Assembly: GCA_012295275.1 (NCBI GenBank)
Contig: CM022665.1
Location: 16,182,001-16,246,000 of the forward strand
From: Chrysomallon squamiferum
Lineage: Eukaryota > Animalia > Mollusca
Length of the DNA: 64,000 nt
Reading direction: 5' to 3'
Shown here: positions 1 to 43,345 of the stretch, in pieces
How the letters are laid out: each line of letters begins with the position of its first letter
How positions within the stretch are numbered: the first letter of the stretch is position 1
Made by a program: the position numbers and the translations under genes
Notes under the pieces: model-generated
Seen by the model: only the letters and a program-made list of their open reading frames with translations
Told to the model about the DNA's origin: nothing
Databases searched by the model: none

Positions 1-130
1 ACAGTTTCTTAGAGAACGTGAACGTTCTCGTTATCTGCTGTCGTGGACAACAAGAAAACAACAATTCTCAGTTCTCAGTGTAACTTTTATTATCAGTTAT
101 ATGTTAAATTTTCATTGTGACAAACACGGA

Positions 131-1381
131 TTATTTTACTTCGTTGGGCCACACGCATCGGTGTTGTCTTTGTCCCCAAACTGTGCCACGTGGACAGTCA
201 AAGCGATAGGCTATCTGGTTTGCACAGTGGTAAAACTGGTTTGGGTATCGAGGATGTGGAATAAATGTGTCTACACCTCGTGGACATAAACCTGAACAAA
301 AAAAAAAAAAAAAAAAAAATTATATATATATATGTATATATAATTTTGTTAAAACTGAACATTGATATTTCTTTACTGTATCACTAAATAGATCTATCAT
401 TTCATTTATCTACTTTTTTTTTTCTTTTTTTTGGAGTTACGTGTCCGTAAATTTTGTTCATTCCATCCGTCCATTTATCCTTATATTCTTCAGATTATAT
501 TCCAGTTTTTGTCTAGTTGTTATGTGTTTGTAACGTCTCTGAATATCTCTCTCTCTATATGTCTGTTGTTCTGTCTGTATGTATGTTTGTCTACCTGTCT
601 TTCTTTATTCGATCTATCTCTCTGTCTAGTGTCTATATTTCTATGTTCTGTCAGTGTCTGTCTGTCTCTATCTCTCTATCTATGTATCTATCTGACTGTG
701 TCTATTCTTCAGCCCATCCACCTTTCCTTCCTTCTTTGTCTTTTCTTTCTTTTTTATCATGGTAAAAAAAAAAAAAAAAAAAAGTAAATAGAAAAAATCT
801 ATAGTTCATTTTGATTTTTCGTTGACTTACTAATAATCTGCGTTGTACTTACGTCCGCACGGCTGACTGTTGCACGGAACAAGACGGTAGTCAGTGAGAT
901 GAGGGCAGTACTGGTTGTAGTAGCCGTAGTAGCATCTTGTGTATCTGTGCTGTATTTGAAAACCTAGGCCACAGAGCACAGAACACTCACCATCATTCTC
1001 CCAAGGAGTCCAAGTGTAAGGAGGCGCTGTCCTGAATAAAACGAAAAAAAAAAAAAAAATAAAAGTTTTAAAACTGTGAAAAGAAAAGAAATGAAATTAC
1101 AGCTGGATGTAATGTAATAAAGAAAAGACTGAAAGAAAGAACGATAGAATCACAATCAACTGTATGTGTGTGTGTGTGTATGTGTGTGTGTGTGTGTGTG
1201 TGTGTCTGGGTGTGTTATATCGTACGTACACACACACAAACATACATACACATATTCATACATACAAAAAATGTATTCGTACATATGTACGTGCGTCTAT
1301 AATTGAAATGTCGACAGATAATTTAAGATGCATCACCATCTTCTAAATTAAGTGGGTTTATATTTACGACAAGATGTTTAA

Positions 1382-1416
<35 letters not shown>

Positions 1417-1535
1417 ATAGTAGTAGTAGTAAAAGTAATAGTAGTAGTAGCAGTAGTAGTAGGAATAATAATAATAATAGTAATAATTATAGTAATGGTA
1501 ATACAATTAAAACAACAACAAAAACAATAATAACA

Positions 1536-1613
<78 letters not shown>

Positions 1614-1843
1614 TAAATAAATAAATAAATAAATAAATAAATATGTGACATTACAGTCCTGTAAGGGACGCTATCTCATGTTTAAAAGTAATCGTTTTTC
1701 CACGGGGTGCAGCAGATACACTGATTCAGTCTTTAAATAATGGTCATTAATTTAACTGTCAAAATTTACCTGCTGTTTTGGTAAAAACATTCCACTGAAC
1801 AACACAGTAGTAAAAAGACAACCGAATACTTCAGCGCAAACAT
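131..1843 (-). CDS. Small secreted protein: signal peptide + thrombospondin type-1 repeat + chitin-binding type-2 (CBM14/peritrophin-A)-like domain, paralogue A, 137 aa
   Basis: Exons 1843-1770, 1031-853 and 291-131, all GT-AG with compatible phases (2, 1); 414 nt ending in TAA. Translation: MFALKYSVVFLLLCCSVECFYQNSR-TAPPYTWTPWENDGECSVLCGLGFQIQHRYTRCYYGYYNQYCPHLTDYRLVPCNSQPCG-RLCPRGVDTFIPHPRYPNQFYHCANQIAYRFDCPRGTVWGQRQHRCVWPNEVK. WxxW..CSVxCG.G...R matches TSP1; HP..FYxC..CPxGTVW..CxWP matches ChtBD2. Confidence 0.9.
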
Positions 1844-1929
1844 CTGTAATATAAAAATAACAATAATTAAAAATAAGGAAATATATTTGCCATAAATAAT
1901 ATAAATGAAAGAATATACTGACGATGAAT

Positions 1930-2225
1930 ATCATAAGTTACACTTTTAAACGAATATTCTGGCCAAACATTATAACTTAACTTTAAACGGAATATTTTAA
2001 AACCAATATAATAAACTTAGGTTTAAAGAAATATGCTGACCATCGACGTTATATTTAAAGGAATATTTTGTCCAACTGTTACAATTTACTTTTAAAGGAA
2101 TATCAATAGATTATAAATTACGATTAAAGAAATATATCGGCCATTAACATAATAATTTACGTTTAAAGAAATATTTTGGCCAAATATTATAACTTACATT
2201 TAAAGAAATATAATGAACTGCCAAA
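1930..2225. repeat. Degenerate about 35-bp minisatellite
   Basis: Recurring ttataacttac(g)tttaaa(g)gaatatt(t)tggccaa units. Confidence 0.7.
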
Positions 2226-2598
2226 TACACGAATAAGCCGTATATGTCACAAAAATCAGTTAATTTAGAAAGAATTGTACAATAAACTTTTAATTACATA
2301 CCTTGATTCAAATTTGTCTGCAGTACAAAATTTTAAAATGAACATACCTATATATACACATCTTTAGGTCGTGTGGGTGGCAGAACATCCGCATTTAACA
2401 AAAAAAGAGCTAATAATGTGAAAATAAATATTTAACCATTTATTTAAATGTGACGAAAAAGTGCAGTGTATGCGGATGCAGAAATCACGACATATCGACA
2501 AGAATTGAAAAGGAGAATTCTGTATTTATTATTTATTCATTTAGGTGGGTATACACCCAGAGAGACAAACAGCGAACGAGACAGAGATATATTTTTAA

Positions 2599-2686
<88 letters not shown>

Positions 2687-3448
2687 TCAGCTCGTTAGCT
2701 AGTTGGAACGGGTAGTTTCTTTTTTTTCCATTTTTTTTTTCATTCTGACATGCATATGTCTTAGACATATATCAAATATGTAGATGTGTACACGTATCTG
2801 TGTATGTATGTATGTATGTATGTATATGCCTGTCTGTCTGTTTGTCTACACCACATACAGACTTTTCTATATTCTAACTATAGATAATCTTACTAAAGTA
2901 ATAATTTTTTATCTTAAAACTGTCTAATCTCTATTAGTAAAATAGGGAAACTATAAACCTATGACCAATGGTAAAAACAATTGTATTAATAATTATAATA
3001 AATAAATAAAATACCTTAAATGCCGATATAAATGAATAATTAGTTTTGTTTAACAACCCGTAATACCATTTCACGAGAAAATACGCGGTGACAAACACTT
3101 TAAAACAGTTTTTAAATTTGTGAGCTAAGTCAATTAGCGGTGATATTATGGCGAGTTTCGTAAATGAAAGAAACACATATTCGAACTTTATAAAGCTCTA
3201 TACCTAGTTTGGCTCTCTAATTTCATTAATGTCCGCGGGAATATAATATATACGGTCAACAAAGGGAACGTGGGGTCTGAAGAAAAAATGCGCTTTTCAC
3301 ATACTCGGAGGTCACCGAATAGAACCTCTGAAACTTTGGTCGTGCTGATAAGGAGTTTGGCAGTGGGATTTGGTGAGATACTTCTTTTGATGCAGTAATT
3401 ATGCAGTGTAATCTGTGTCATTAACGACTTATTTATGTGTCTGTGTCT

Positions 3449-3487
<39 letters not shown>

Positions 3488-3916
3488 GTAACTTAACATT
3501 TATATTAAGATAAATCATCGTGCTTTTTTCCTGACCGTTTCCGTCTTTAAATACGTTTCCTCTGATTGATGCCATATTCTAAATAGGTTATACCAAAACC
3601 GTGGATAATTTATTTGAGTTTATTATCTTTTGTGAATTGTAAATGTGTATGTGAAATAATTAATAAATAAGTCAAGCTGTACTCTTTGTTGATGTGTTAT
3701 TTATCTAGCCGATGAGGTAATATTGTACCATTACAATAATAAATTACAGTCTAAGCTTGAATTATGACGGGGATGGTGATAACAAACACTTTAGGAATTG
3801 GCACCATGACATTTATTATTATTATTATTATTATCATTATTATTATTGTTTTTATTGTTGTCATTGTTATTGTTTTATTGTTTTTGCTACTAGTACCACC
3901 ACTGCTACTGCTACTG

Positions 3917-3949
<33 letters not shown>

Positions 3950-4292
3950 TTATTATTATTATTATTATTATTAATGCAATTCTTAATGTATATCTACTCA
4001 GTGTTTTATCATAACAGTGATTCATTGTTGATCTATTCAATTTGTTTACATAACATTTTATGAGTCTTAAAATATCTCAGTTGGACTTAACTGAACTTCC
4101 TTCTTCAGGAAAATAATCCATGTTTGAAATGTTAATACATTCGACATCCTAGCTTAAAATATACTTAATGATATATTAAAAGCTTCCCACATTGAAGTTA
4201 AAGGCATTGTATGTAATTACGTGTTAAAAGCTTCAGAGATTATAAATATTTCGTTTTATTACCTGATCATGATTAGGTGTATGTTTTAAATT

Positions 4293-4330
<38 letters not shown>

Positions 4331-4596
4331 CTTCAGGACGGTTATTTTGAGATTATATCTACCTGCGTGTCTGTACATACAGGCAATCACACAAAAAAAC
4401 ACACACACACACGTTATATATAAAACATACTTGTATTTGAGTCAGTAAATAAAATGGTTAAACAAATAATAAGAACAAATAATAAATTAGTAAATATAAA
4501 AAAAAAATGGATAGATATTTAGAGAAATATATATTATTTATTTATTTATTTATTTAGGTGGTTATAAACACAGAGAGACAAATATACATTGAAAAA

Positions 4597-4691
<95 letters not shown>

Positions 4692-4973
4692 ATAAGCATA
4701 GCGAAAGAGAGAGATACTTAGTACGTAGGTAGAGAAACAAAAAGACAAAGTGAAGAAAAAACGTTCGTCAACAATATTTATATTATGAACACATCACCAG
4801 CAATACAACAACACTCTCTTGAAATACACTCTCTTGAAATACACTCTCTTGAAACTAACAACACAACAAACTCAAAGGTACTGCTCAGAATACTTAATTT
4901 ATTAATATAATTGCTTTCATCTTGATCTCTGTTGGAGATTTATCGCTCTGTAACGGAACATTGTGAAGAACAG

Positions 4974-7944
<2,971 letters not shown>

Positions 7945-9098
7945 ATTCTGTGATATGAAAGTAGAAGGAGAAAATGACTTGGCTACATTTTACGTAGTTC
8001 TAAGGTTGTTTAGTGCTAGATGTCCAATCTGTGCTAACAACTAAGTATAACAAAAAAAAAAGGTCAGATCCGTAGTGAATCATGAAGGCTTCCTTTTTCT
8101 TTCGCATGTGTATGAGTGTGTGTGTGTGTGTGTATGTGTGCGTGTGTGTGTGTTAGATAGTATGTATGTATGTGTGTGTTACAGTGTGTGTGTGTGTGTG
8201 TGTGCGTGTCTGTCTGTCAGTGTGTGTACGCAAGTAATTTTTCAATAAAAATACAATAAAAATAAAAATAAATCAATCTCAGCTTACCATATTTTATTGA
8301 CGTACAGGCTGTTAGCAACAAACAAAGATACACTCCAGCAGATTTACGTCTCTGTGTTATCTGAAGCCATATTTTGTTATATACGCACTGACACGTATCT
8401 ATTACACGCAGTATATTGGTTGCACATTCTCACCTTTTTGATTTCACCTGAGTGACAGGTGGAAATATCACTAATCGCTTATTCCTTTGTTATAGAAATG
8501 AAAAAATGAAATATAATCTGAATCTCTCTCTCTCTTCCTCTCTCTGAAATATTCTCTCTGTGTGTCTGTTTCTCACTCTGTTTATTACTAAAATATATGA
8601 TGTTAACATTTCAGTTATTAAACCATTTATTAATGTTAATGTATTACGTCAGTTACTAATATTAAATTCATACTTACCATACAGATCACCCCCAAATAGT
8701 ATTAGGACTTTAATTAATATACTTAGGCGAAAATCTAAAGATGTCATGCACTAGGATGTAGGCTTAGATCACCTAAGGGCCAGTGTTTTAAAATGATCTA
8801 GGAAGGTAAATACTTAAAACGCCCCAAAGCACAAACAAGAACAAATCAAACATTAGTGTTGCATAGACTGCTGTGAGATAATTAAAAACACGCTGTCGTT
8901 TGAGAATATTTGAATAGGACTGGTTTTTTGAGAGGTATTCTCGTTGGTGGTGAGCAAAGGAGGGTTCGTTAACGCAACGTCATTATTCGTGTTTTAACTC
9001 AAAATAGTCTAATGTTTATTTTCAGGGCAAATATTTAGTAAAAGATAATATATGCAGATTAAATTAAATATACTGGTACATAGTTATACATGTGATGC

Positions 9099-9154
<56 letters not shown>

Positions 9155-9980
9155 ATTTTTTAATAATAATAATAATAATAATAGTAACAATAAAAATTCA
9201 TCAATAGTATATTTTTACAGTGAAATAAATAATGTTTTTACGATAAAAGTAAATTAATATTCCCTGTATACACTTTCATCATGTAAGGAATAACATAAAG
9301 CAAAATATGAGTGTGTTTTATTATATTTTCCAAAGAAGACTGTATAACAGTCATAAATGTATGTAACAGACGTCCGACGTTGTAGTAGTAGTGGAAGTAG
9401 TACTGGTATATGTAGTAGTAGTAATAGTAATAATATTAAAGGTACAAGCAATAGCAATAGTAAAATAAGTAGTAGTAGTAGCAGCAGCAGCAGCAGTAAT
9501 AGAGGTAGTAGTAATAATAGTAGAAGAATAGCGAAAGTGGTAGTAGAAGTAATATTAGTGTTAGTAAAAATAGCAGTAGTAATAAAAGTAGTAGAAGTAC
9601 TAAAGCTAATAGTACAAGTAGTAGTATTAATTATAGTGGTAGAAAAGTAGTATTAATAATGGCAATAGTAGATGTAGTAAAAGTTGTAGCATTAGTACTA
9701 GTAGAAACAGTAGCAGAAGAAGTAGTAGTAGTAGTAATAGCAGCAGATGCAGTGGTGGTTATTGCAATAGTTGTAGTAGAAGAAGTAGTAATGAATTGTA
9801 ATTTTAAACTTTCGAATATTCAGGCACAGTGGGGAATAAAATGACATATCTCCGATCTTGAATTTTTCTATGCCCACGCATAAAGAAAAGAGTCATATCC
9901 ATGAAGATTCAAAACACAATATCGTTTATGTTATCATGAGCCAAGTCTTGTATAACAGGCCAAAGCAGAGTTTTGGTAGT

Positions 9981-25078
<15,098 letters not shown>

Positions 25079-26175
25079 CGCGTAACTTCTTGTAAGACCT
25101 GTGTGAAGTAAAGATATAATTGTTTATTATTATTGTTGTTGTTGTTGTTTGTTTGTTGTTTTTGTTGTCGTTGTTATTATTATTGTTGTTGTTGTTGTTA
25201 TTATTTTTGCTGTCATTGTTGTTGTTGTTGTTGTTATTATTATTATTGTTATTATTATGATTGCTGTTTTTGTTGTGGCTGTTGTTTGATTTATAGAAAT
25301 TAATATAGAAAAATTAAGTATTTTTAAATTTACATTGAACAGCAACAAAACGAAACCTCCGCGCAGATAAAACGAACAAAAAGAAACGAAACAAATAAAC
25401 AAAACAACAAAACCACGCCCTATAACACCCGTCCAAAAAAAAAAATAATAAAAAAAAAAAATAAATAAATAAAACAAATAAAATAAAATAAAATAAAACA
25501 AATAAAAATAACGTTTCTCTGAACAGTTGTCATACAGGTTATTTAATTATTCTAAAACGCCGCAACCATACCAGTTACGAAATAATTTCAATGAGATCTT
25601 GCGTAAAAACAAATCATCAGTTGTACTGCATTTAATTCAGGTATCTAAGTCACAACCAGTATTCAGAACAAAAAAATATATACATATTTTGTTTTTGGTT
25701 TTTGCTGGAAGACATAAAATGGTCTATAAAATGCTTAATTTATTTTTTAAAGATCAGTCTATATTAGAATGTGAAGCGAATCATAATATTATTAATAAAT
25801 ATTTTTCTTGTGGTACATTAAGAAAAACATTACACACTGATAACTGCTATAAAAATTAAAACAAATATGTTAATGGTATTATAAATTTGATTTCTGGCTG
25901 TATTAAATCCAGTTACATTAAATTTTTGTTTCCGGACATTATTTATGGCCATTTCTTTTAGATTAAAAAAAAAAATAATAATAATAATGAATAATAATGA
26001 ATAATGATTCAACATTTTCCTTCTGAAATGAAATAACTAAATTAAAACAAATTGTAATAAAATGAAATAAAAAAATAAAAAAATAATAAATGAAAACAAT
26101 AAAAAAATAAATACATACTGTTATTCTAAGCTTTTTAATAAAATATTCGAAAATGAATAACATAATAATAATAAC

Positions 26176-26214
<39 letters not shown>

Positions 26215-28532
26215 GATAATAGTAATAATAACAGTAATAGTCACACCACTACTACTACTACTACTACAACTACTACTACTACTGCTACTACTACTACTAC
26301 TAGTACTACTACTACTAATAAATTAGAAGCACTGCTCTTTTTGGTTATTAAGGTCAAAAACAATGTATGCACAAAATAATAATAAGTAATACTCCTAGTA
26401 GTAATAGTAGCAATAGAAGTAGTAGTAGTAGCAGTAAAACGAACAAGGAAAGCAACATTATCATTAGTATGAACATGATAACAATAACAATAACATAACA
26501 ATAATAATATAATTTAATGATGATGATGATGATGATAATTTCAGCAGAAGTAGTAGAAGTAACAAGAGCAGTTGTTCTTGCAGAAGTAAATAAATAATTC
26601 CGTAAAATAATTAATTTGTAAAGATTTGATTTCATTAAACTAAACCCATTCATCTTATTCCAGAAATTTTACAGTACTGTTAAACAGATCATCATCGTTA
26701 TCATCATCATCAACATCATCATCAAAGACAATATTAACGGACTTACCAAGATTTTCAACTACAGTGACGACAACGTTACAACGAAATGGTAGAAAAAGTA
26801 TTTTTCTTTGACTCTAGACCCAGAAACAGATCGATAAATCTTCTTTGTGCTTGGAAAATGAAAAGTCTGCGAATATATTTATCTATTTTCTGCATGATTA
26901 TCTCAGTAATTTATTTTCATTTGCCTTGGTAGTGTCAAAATACCTTGGTTCCCTCCCCCCATTTTCTGATTACAAGAATGTATATACATTTTTTATTAGC
27001 GTTATGATGATGATTATTATTATTTTATTATTTATTTATTCTTGGTGTCATAAGACTGTTAACATCATCCGGCTTCATGTGATAACGTATCACTTACGTA
27101 CGTACATAATGTACTTTCAGAAATTAAAATAAAAAACATGAAAAAAGTCTCCACCTGTCAGTTAATGAAAAGTACAAATATTCTTGAAATATTAATACAC
27201 AAATAAAAAAATATATATGCACACCCACACACACTCACTCATACACACACCCATCCACACGCACACACAAACACACAACAGATATGGTTGATCATATTTT
27301 TGTCACAAAAAAACAACAACTACAAAATCCATTTGGAAGAAAAACAAAATCAATTTTCCTTTGTTTAAACTAGAGGGAAAAAATCATTAAAAAAAACCAA
27401 AAACAACATTCGTTATATATTTATTTCTTACTTGTTTATTAAGTTTTCTATTTTTTACTTTTTAACATGTATCATTCAATAACTGCATGACATTTTAGTA
27501 ATCCATATACTGTTGTGATGTAAATGTAAATGTAAAAATTACAAAATATTAATCACGGCATAATAATAATAAGAAGAAGAAGAAGAAAAGAAGAAGAAGA
27601 AGAAGAAGAACAACAACAACAACAACATTACTGTATTATTAATATCATCATCGTCATCATCATCATTATCCTCGTCCATCTCCTCATTATTATTATTATT
27701 CGTATTAATATTAGAACTAGTAGCAGTAGTTGTAACTGTACCATGTGAACACAGTTTAATGTTAGTGAATCTATTACACACTTTGCTCTGCAGTGGCCAA
27801 ACTGAAGCTTCGTCTGCTCTGACTTGCACTGGTTTTGTACGAAAACAAAAGCATACAGCGACTGTTTAATTATTAATCTCACGACCAAAAATGACCACCA
27901 GCATGGTCCACGAATGTCCAATCTCTGGGCGTGACATATTATGACCGGAGTGAATAAACACAGAGAAAGGTTTCTGGAAGATCTGTCTACTGCAGACCTC
28001 TCTGGTGGAAGAGTGGTGAAAATTACTCCAATTTTATCGTAAAACTGAGGCTGTTGTCAAAGCAGTAATAATAGTAGCGGTCGTGTAAGCTGAAGTCATT
28101 TTCATAATGGTTGTTGTGGTGGTAGTAGACGTCACTGAAGTTAACATGATTTTATGTGTTTAGACCAACCTTTACATACATCTTAATAATAATAATAATG
28201 ATGATGATGATGATGATGATGATAATAATAATAATAATTATTATTTTTATTATAATTATTATTAATCATTGTTGTATTTGTTCTTGTTGTTGGCAATGTA
28301 GTAATAACTGTAGTAATAATATTGTTGGCATTATTATAATTATTACTGTTATTGCTACTGTTGTTTCTGCTGTTCATTTTTGTTGTTACTCTTGTTTTGG
28401 TTTAGTTATTAGAAATACTCTTTAAGCTGAATAACATTTTAAAAGTGTATTTTATTGATTGAAAATTAAATCCAGTAAAATAAAAACATGGACAGTTTAT
28501 CAAAAAATCATTACACCATTAGAGGAATACTG

Positions 28533-28581
<49 letters not shown>

Positions 28582-28899
28582 TAAATAAATAAATAATAAA
28601 AATAAAAACGCCAAGCAAAAAAAACAAAACAATAATAATAGTTAGGTTAGGTTCTTATCAAGGGCTACTTCTTAGATCAATAACCTTGGTAAATTCAAAA
28701 ACTCAGATTTAATCATAAAATGTAGGAGTTATTAGAGATGTCAAATAAAGCAAAGCAGAACAAACGAACAGTAATAAAAACAAATAAACAATGCACTCAG
28801 AAATAGAAGGAAGGAACAAAGAGGGAGAATTAGGAGAGAGAGCGACAGAGAAGACAAAGAAAGATAGAGTTATTTATACAATAAAAACAAATCAAGAAC

Positions 28900-28966
<67 letters not shown>

Positions 28967-31900
28967 GTCGAAAACAACTAACCAAGAACAATAAATTAAG
29001 AAAGAGAGAGAGAAAGAGTGAGCTGGACGAAAAAAATAAGAAAGAAAGAGTAACAGAGTGAAAATGAGACTAAAATAAAAAATATATATAAAACAATTCT
29101 AATAAATAAAGTACCATACCAAAATCAAAACGTTCGCAACTCGAAAACAACAAAGTAAAAAAAAGCTAAAAAACCACAAAAGCCAACAAAACCAAAACCA
29201 AAACCCCGAAAAAACCAAAAAAAAAACCCACAAAAAAACCAAAAAAAAACAACAAGAAACAACATGAGAAGAAAATCTTTTTTTAAGACCATCTTCCTTT
29301 ATAAATTTGATCATTATAATACATCTGAAAATAAATAACCGTTATTATTAAAATTTGTTGAAATTCTCTTATGTTACATTTTACTTATATTTACTGCAGA
29401 AGAAGAAACTGTTTCTGCGACCAACAAATATTATCTAATGTAACTATTTTCTAGAAGTCATTAAAACACAATAATTCCACTGTTATCTTGAGTTATCTAC
29501 ATCTATTCATTTTCTGTTATTTTAAAAATCATCTCTTTACATTAGCTACTTACACATTACAAAGAACTATTTAGTTTTTAAAAAAAGGAACGTAACTATT
29601 TACTAAATGAACAGTATAGATTTATTTCTTTGAAGTCTATTTTAATTCAGACTCAAGGATATTGAATATTACCAATATTTTCTGTATACTTAATTACTTT
29701 TATTGTTGTGTGTCTAGGGAGATTTATTTTAATTTACAGTATACATCGTGTTAACAATGTATATAAGTTGTCTTGGTTTTTATATAGTAATAACGACAAT
29801 AAAAATAATATTATTATTATTAATAGTATGATGATGATGTTGATGATGATGATGATGATAATACAAAAATTAATACAAGAATACGGCACTTTTAATAAAC
29901 AATATTTAACAACCTGTCAGATTACATATTGAATTATTAATGACACATGTTATTTTTGTTCGTTTAACCTTTATGTTCTAAGTTTCTTTTTACTTTTGAT
30001 ACACAAAGAAAGACTAAAAGTATATGAGCATTTAGCTAAAGGCACTGCTGAATTCTTAAGTATTTCTTTATTTATCAGCAGTGTATATATGATGGCCGTG
30101 CTAAAATGTTTGAAAGGTTAATTTGTCTTCTTTTACGAAGCCGTAACGAATAACAAAGGAAACTTGAAACCTTTCAGAATCACAAGAAATTAAAACTCGC
30201 AAGTAGAAATAGCTCTCAAACTAAATAGGATTAATGTATACACGGGAAAAAAAAGAGAGGAAAACGAAATTTCAGGCTTCAATCCTGAGTCTAATTCAGG
30301 ATGATGCGTGGACTTAAAGTGCTAATTCTCTGAGAATCTAGTAAGTTGAAATCGGCGATTTCGTAATTACTGGAAATCTCGTTAAATTCATAATAAATTT
30401 TATTTATACCACTCAGAGTGGAAAACTGTTATATACATTTACTCGAATAATAAACAATAAGAAAAATGAAAAGTCTTCGTCTTCAGTTAGTGGAGTATGT
30501 ACTTACTTTATTGATACATCTGAAATACCAGAAACACATATGAAAATACACACAGTATTTGCACCTCGTTAAAGTATTTAATTTTTCTGAACCTAATACA
30601 TTAGCGTGTAGAGTGTGAGGAGAGAAACGTATACAGCTGATAGAAGACGACCTAAAAACAACAAAACCCCCAGAATAAATAAGTATCGAGTAAGTGAAGT
30701 ACACAGAGTTCAACGACTTCCTTTGACGAAAGTTTAATGAGCTGAACAAGAAATATTTTACATTTACAATAGAGAAGCTAGGTCCATCAGTTCAAGATAA
30801 TTTCAGGTTAGTGTGTTTAGACGTTTCACCAACAAATCCGTTACCTCGAGTGCACTGAATCTCAAGCTCAGCACCGTATTGTATATGTATTTGTATAGGT
30901 ATGCCTCTATCTGTGTATGTGTCTATTTGTATGTGTATGTGTGCGTATGTTTTTGTGTGGTGTGTGTGTATTTGTGAGTGTATGTAAAAACACACCTACA
31001 TACAATAATACACGCCCACGCGTATATAGATATGTATATTTGTATTTATGTTTCTTTCTGTAGATATATGTACGTACGTAGATATGTGTATGTATGTATA
31101 TATGTACGTATGTATATTTGTATGTATGTATGTATGTGTGTATGTATATGTGTATGTATGTATGTATGTATGTATGATTGTATGTATGTATGTATGTGTG
31201 TATGTACGTATGTATGTATGTATGTATGTGTGTGTATGTTATTTTTTGATGACCGTCACATGCAAACACTGAGGTCACAGTCTGAACTGAATAAATTCAA
31301 ACAGTGTACTAGACAGGGTCGATCCTGCAACATTACTTTCGTCAAAAGCACATAATATAAATAACACATATTTGTTTGTTTGTTTATTTATTTATTTATT
31401 TATTTATTTTTCTATTTGTTTCACTGTTTGTTCCTTTATTTATTTACTTAATTCTTACAATTTTACTATTACCATTTCTCAGTCGGAGAATCAAACTACT
31501 TCGAAATAAAATCTGTTTACTCCTGGCTTTGCTGGAACAATACCAAAATCTTATTAGTGTCTCTGTGCAAAGATCTCAAACTGGTGAATCCTAAATCTAA
31601 TAACCCCTTCTTGTTTGACATGTTCTTAATAATCGGCATTTCAAATGTCCCCCGCGTTTGAAGAACTCCAGATGTTATACTAGAATTAATGAGTCAACAA
31701 ATGGTAAGAGGTCAGGCTGAGGTGAATGTAAGAATGTGTTAGTTAAAAGATCTGTCTAAAAATCTGAATCAAAACTCAACGTACACAAAACAAATATCAC
31801 AGTTCTGTAGTTAGAATACTTCAGATTGAAAATTCTGCAAAATTGTGTATATAACAGAAGAGAAATAATGTTATTATTATTATTTTTTTTATCTACATAA

Positions 31901-32258
31901 TAAACTTCATATCGTGTTCGTAACCTTCTTTCTAAAATCCCAAATAATTTGTTTTAATATACATTTACCATATGTCAGAATCCTGTTTGATTTTTTAAAA
32001 AAAGAAACGTATTAGCTCTCTTACAGTCAGTTTAGATAAAAACATGAGATACATAAACAGAAAGACGTAGATGTAACATGACTGTGGTCTCAATCAGATG
32101 TCGTATTCATAACAGACATTTAAAGCAGTAAATTGGATATAGACACGGAAAATCATCTCAGATTTAAGCTTACATATCAGCAATAATTTTTTGTGGTACT
32201 GTAAATCTGTAACAGTAACTTTATTTATTTACACAAATAACAGATATAAAACGCAAGG

Positions 32259-32295
<37 letters not shown>

Positions 32296-32976
32296 AACAA
32301 ATAAAACATTGCTTCTACTTCTACACAATAATACTACTGCAGCGGTTAAGTAATATTATTTATCTACTGCTATTCCTGTAAACTACACACACAGGAATGT
32401 TATATTAATTACCACTACTGACACTGCATCTAAATATCTGGGAATTTGTCTTCTGATTTTATTCTCGTTTTGTCAACCAGTGCAACACATCAGATTATCT
32501 TATAGATTCTGAATTAGGTTACAGATGATATTGGAATTCAAGCTTTCTCAGTACATCCATTTCTGGTTACAAAATAATATAAATCATGAACGTCGTTAGC
32601 GAATATATCTAATCAAAATGCGAATTAACAACTTTCTGGAACGACCGAAATACTTTAAAAAAATGTATTTTATATATATGGAATAGTTAATGAGTTTACA
32701 AATATGTTTTCCATATTTGTAATGTCAAATAAGTGATAAATTACGCTAGATAGAATGAATTATTATTAGCAACGTACTAGTTATTGAGACTCAGTCTTAT
32801 ATATAATGTTTTAACAACCGTACAAAATTATGGTATTGTTTACAAAATATTATGAAAATGACAGCAATTACACCAACATCCACGTTGTCTAAAACGACAA
32901 TAACAACGACTACTACTACTAAGAAGATTTTCACTGATCAGAATTGAAAAAACTAGAGTTATAAAAAAGAAAAAAG

Positions 32977-33025
<49 letters not shown>

Positions 33026-33070
33026 AAAAAAAAGTGGAAAAAAAAAAAAAGGGAGATAAATTTGTTGGCT

Positions 33071-42385
<9,315 letters not shown>

Positions 42386-43179
42386 TTTTACTAGTATCTG
42401 TGTTACAAGAGAACAGGCAGAAATGAAAAGTAAAGAGAAAGATGCATCGATAGACATACATTCTTTTACCATCTTGCTTTCTCTCTTTCCTATCAGGTAA
42501 AGATATTCTCGATAATTTAAATAAATATTTAGTAATAACATAAATTAATTCAGAGAATAATTTCCAATCTAAAATAGAGAAAGTCTGGAAATTGCAGTTT
42601 AAATGTATTTAAGTAGATAAAATGTCTGAATTTTAGATTTTTGTAAGTATTTTAATAACAATTAAAAACACACACAACTAAGAAAGTAATGAAATATCAA
42701 ATCGTCCATGCAAATGTCTAAGAAACTAAACAGGACATTTAACAATTCAAAAACAAAATCTCGAGAAAAGCAAGAACTTAGATATAATTATATATAATAA
42801 AGAACCCACGAAAAAATTCTAGGAATCAAACAATGTAATTAATAATCCAAATCATAAACAATTAAAATGTTATAATTTAAAAAAAAAAAAAAAAAAATTA
42901 TAATTCAAAAACAAAACTATTTATAACCCACCCAAAACCTAAATATATCCTAGATAAAAACTGAACGAAATTTAATAATAAAAAAAGAAAAAGAATGGAA
43001 AATAACTTCCCACAATAGCAAAATTTAAAACAAGAACAGCAACAATAAAAAAAAATAACAACATTTTTTTTTTTTTTTTTAAAGAATTTTACTAAAACGA
43101 CTAAATTATTTTTAAAAGAATGCATAAAAGAAAATTAAATAAAAAGAACAATGGACAATAAATAACAAAAAGACAATAC

Positions 43180-43345
43180 CTTCCCTTCATCGGTCTTTTC
43201 TTTTCATCTGACAAAAGAATTAAAAAAATTTCTAAAGAAATTTCTTCCTTTTTGTGGTTCTATTCTTTTTTTTTTTTTTTTTTTTTTTTTATCTTCCCAC
43301 TGGTTTCACTAAATATTTCCAAACTGTCAATAGAATTTTATTTAC
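43180..43345 (-). promoter_or_regulatory. Putative non-coding first exon / promoter of GPCR paralogue 2
   Basis: Donor AAG|GTATTG at 43180/43179 mirrors that of paralogue 3. An AT-rich TAAATAAAA lies near 43340. The 5' end is uncertain. Confidence 0.35.

Noticed and set aside
26900-33000. Additional gene or receptor pseudogene between paralogues 1 and 2
   Set aside because: I found no exon-like homology on either strand by eye, only simple repeats and AT-rich spacer.
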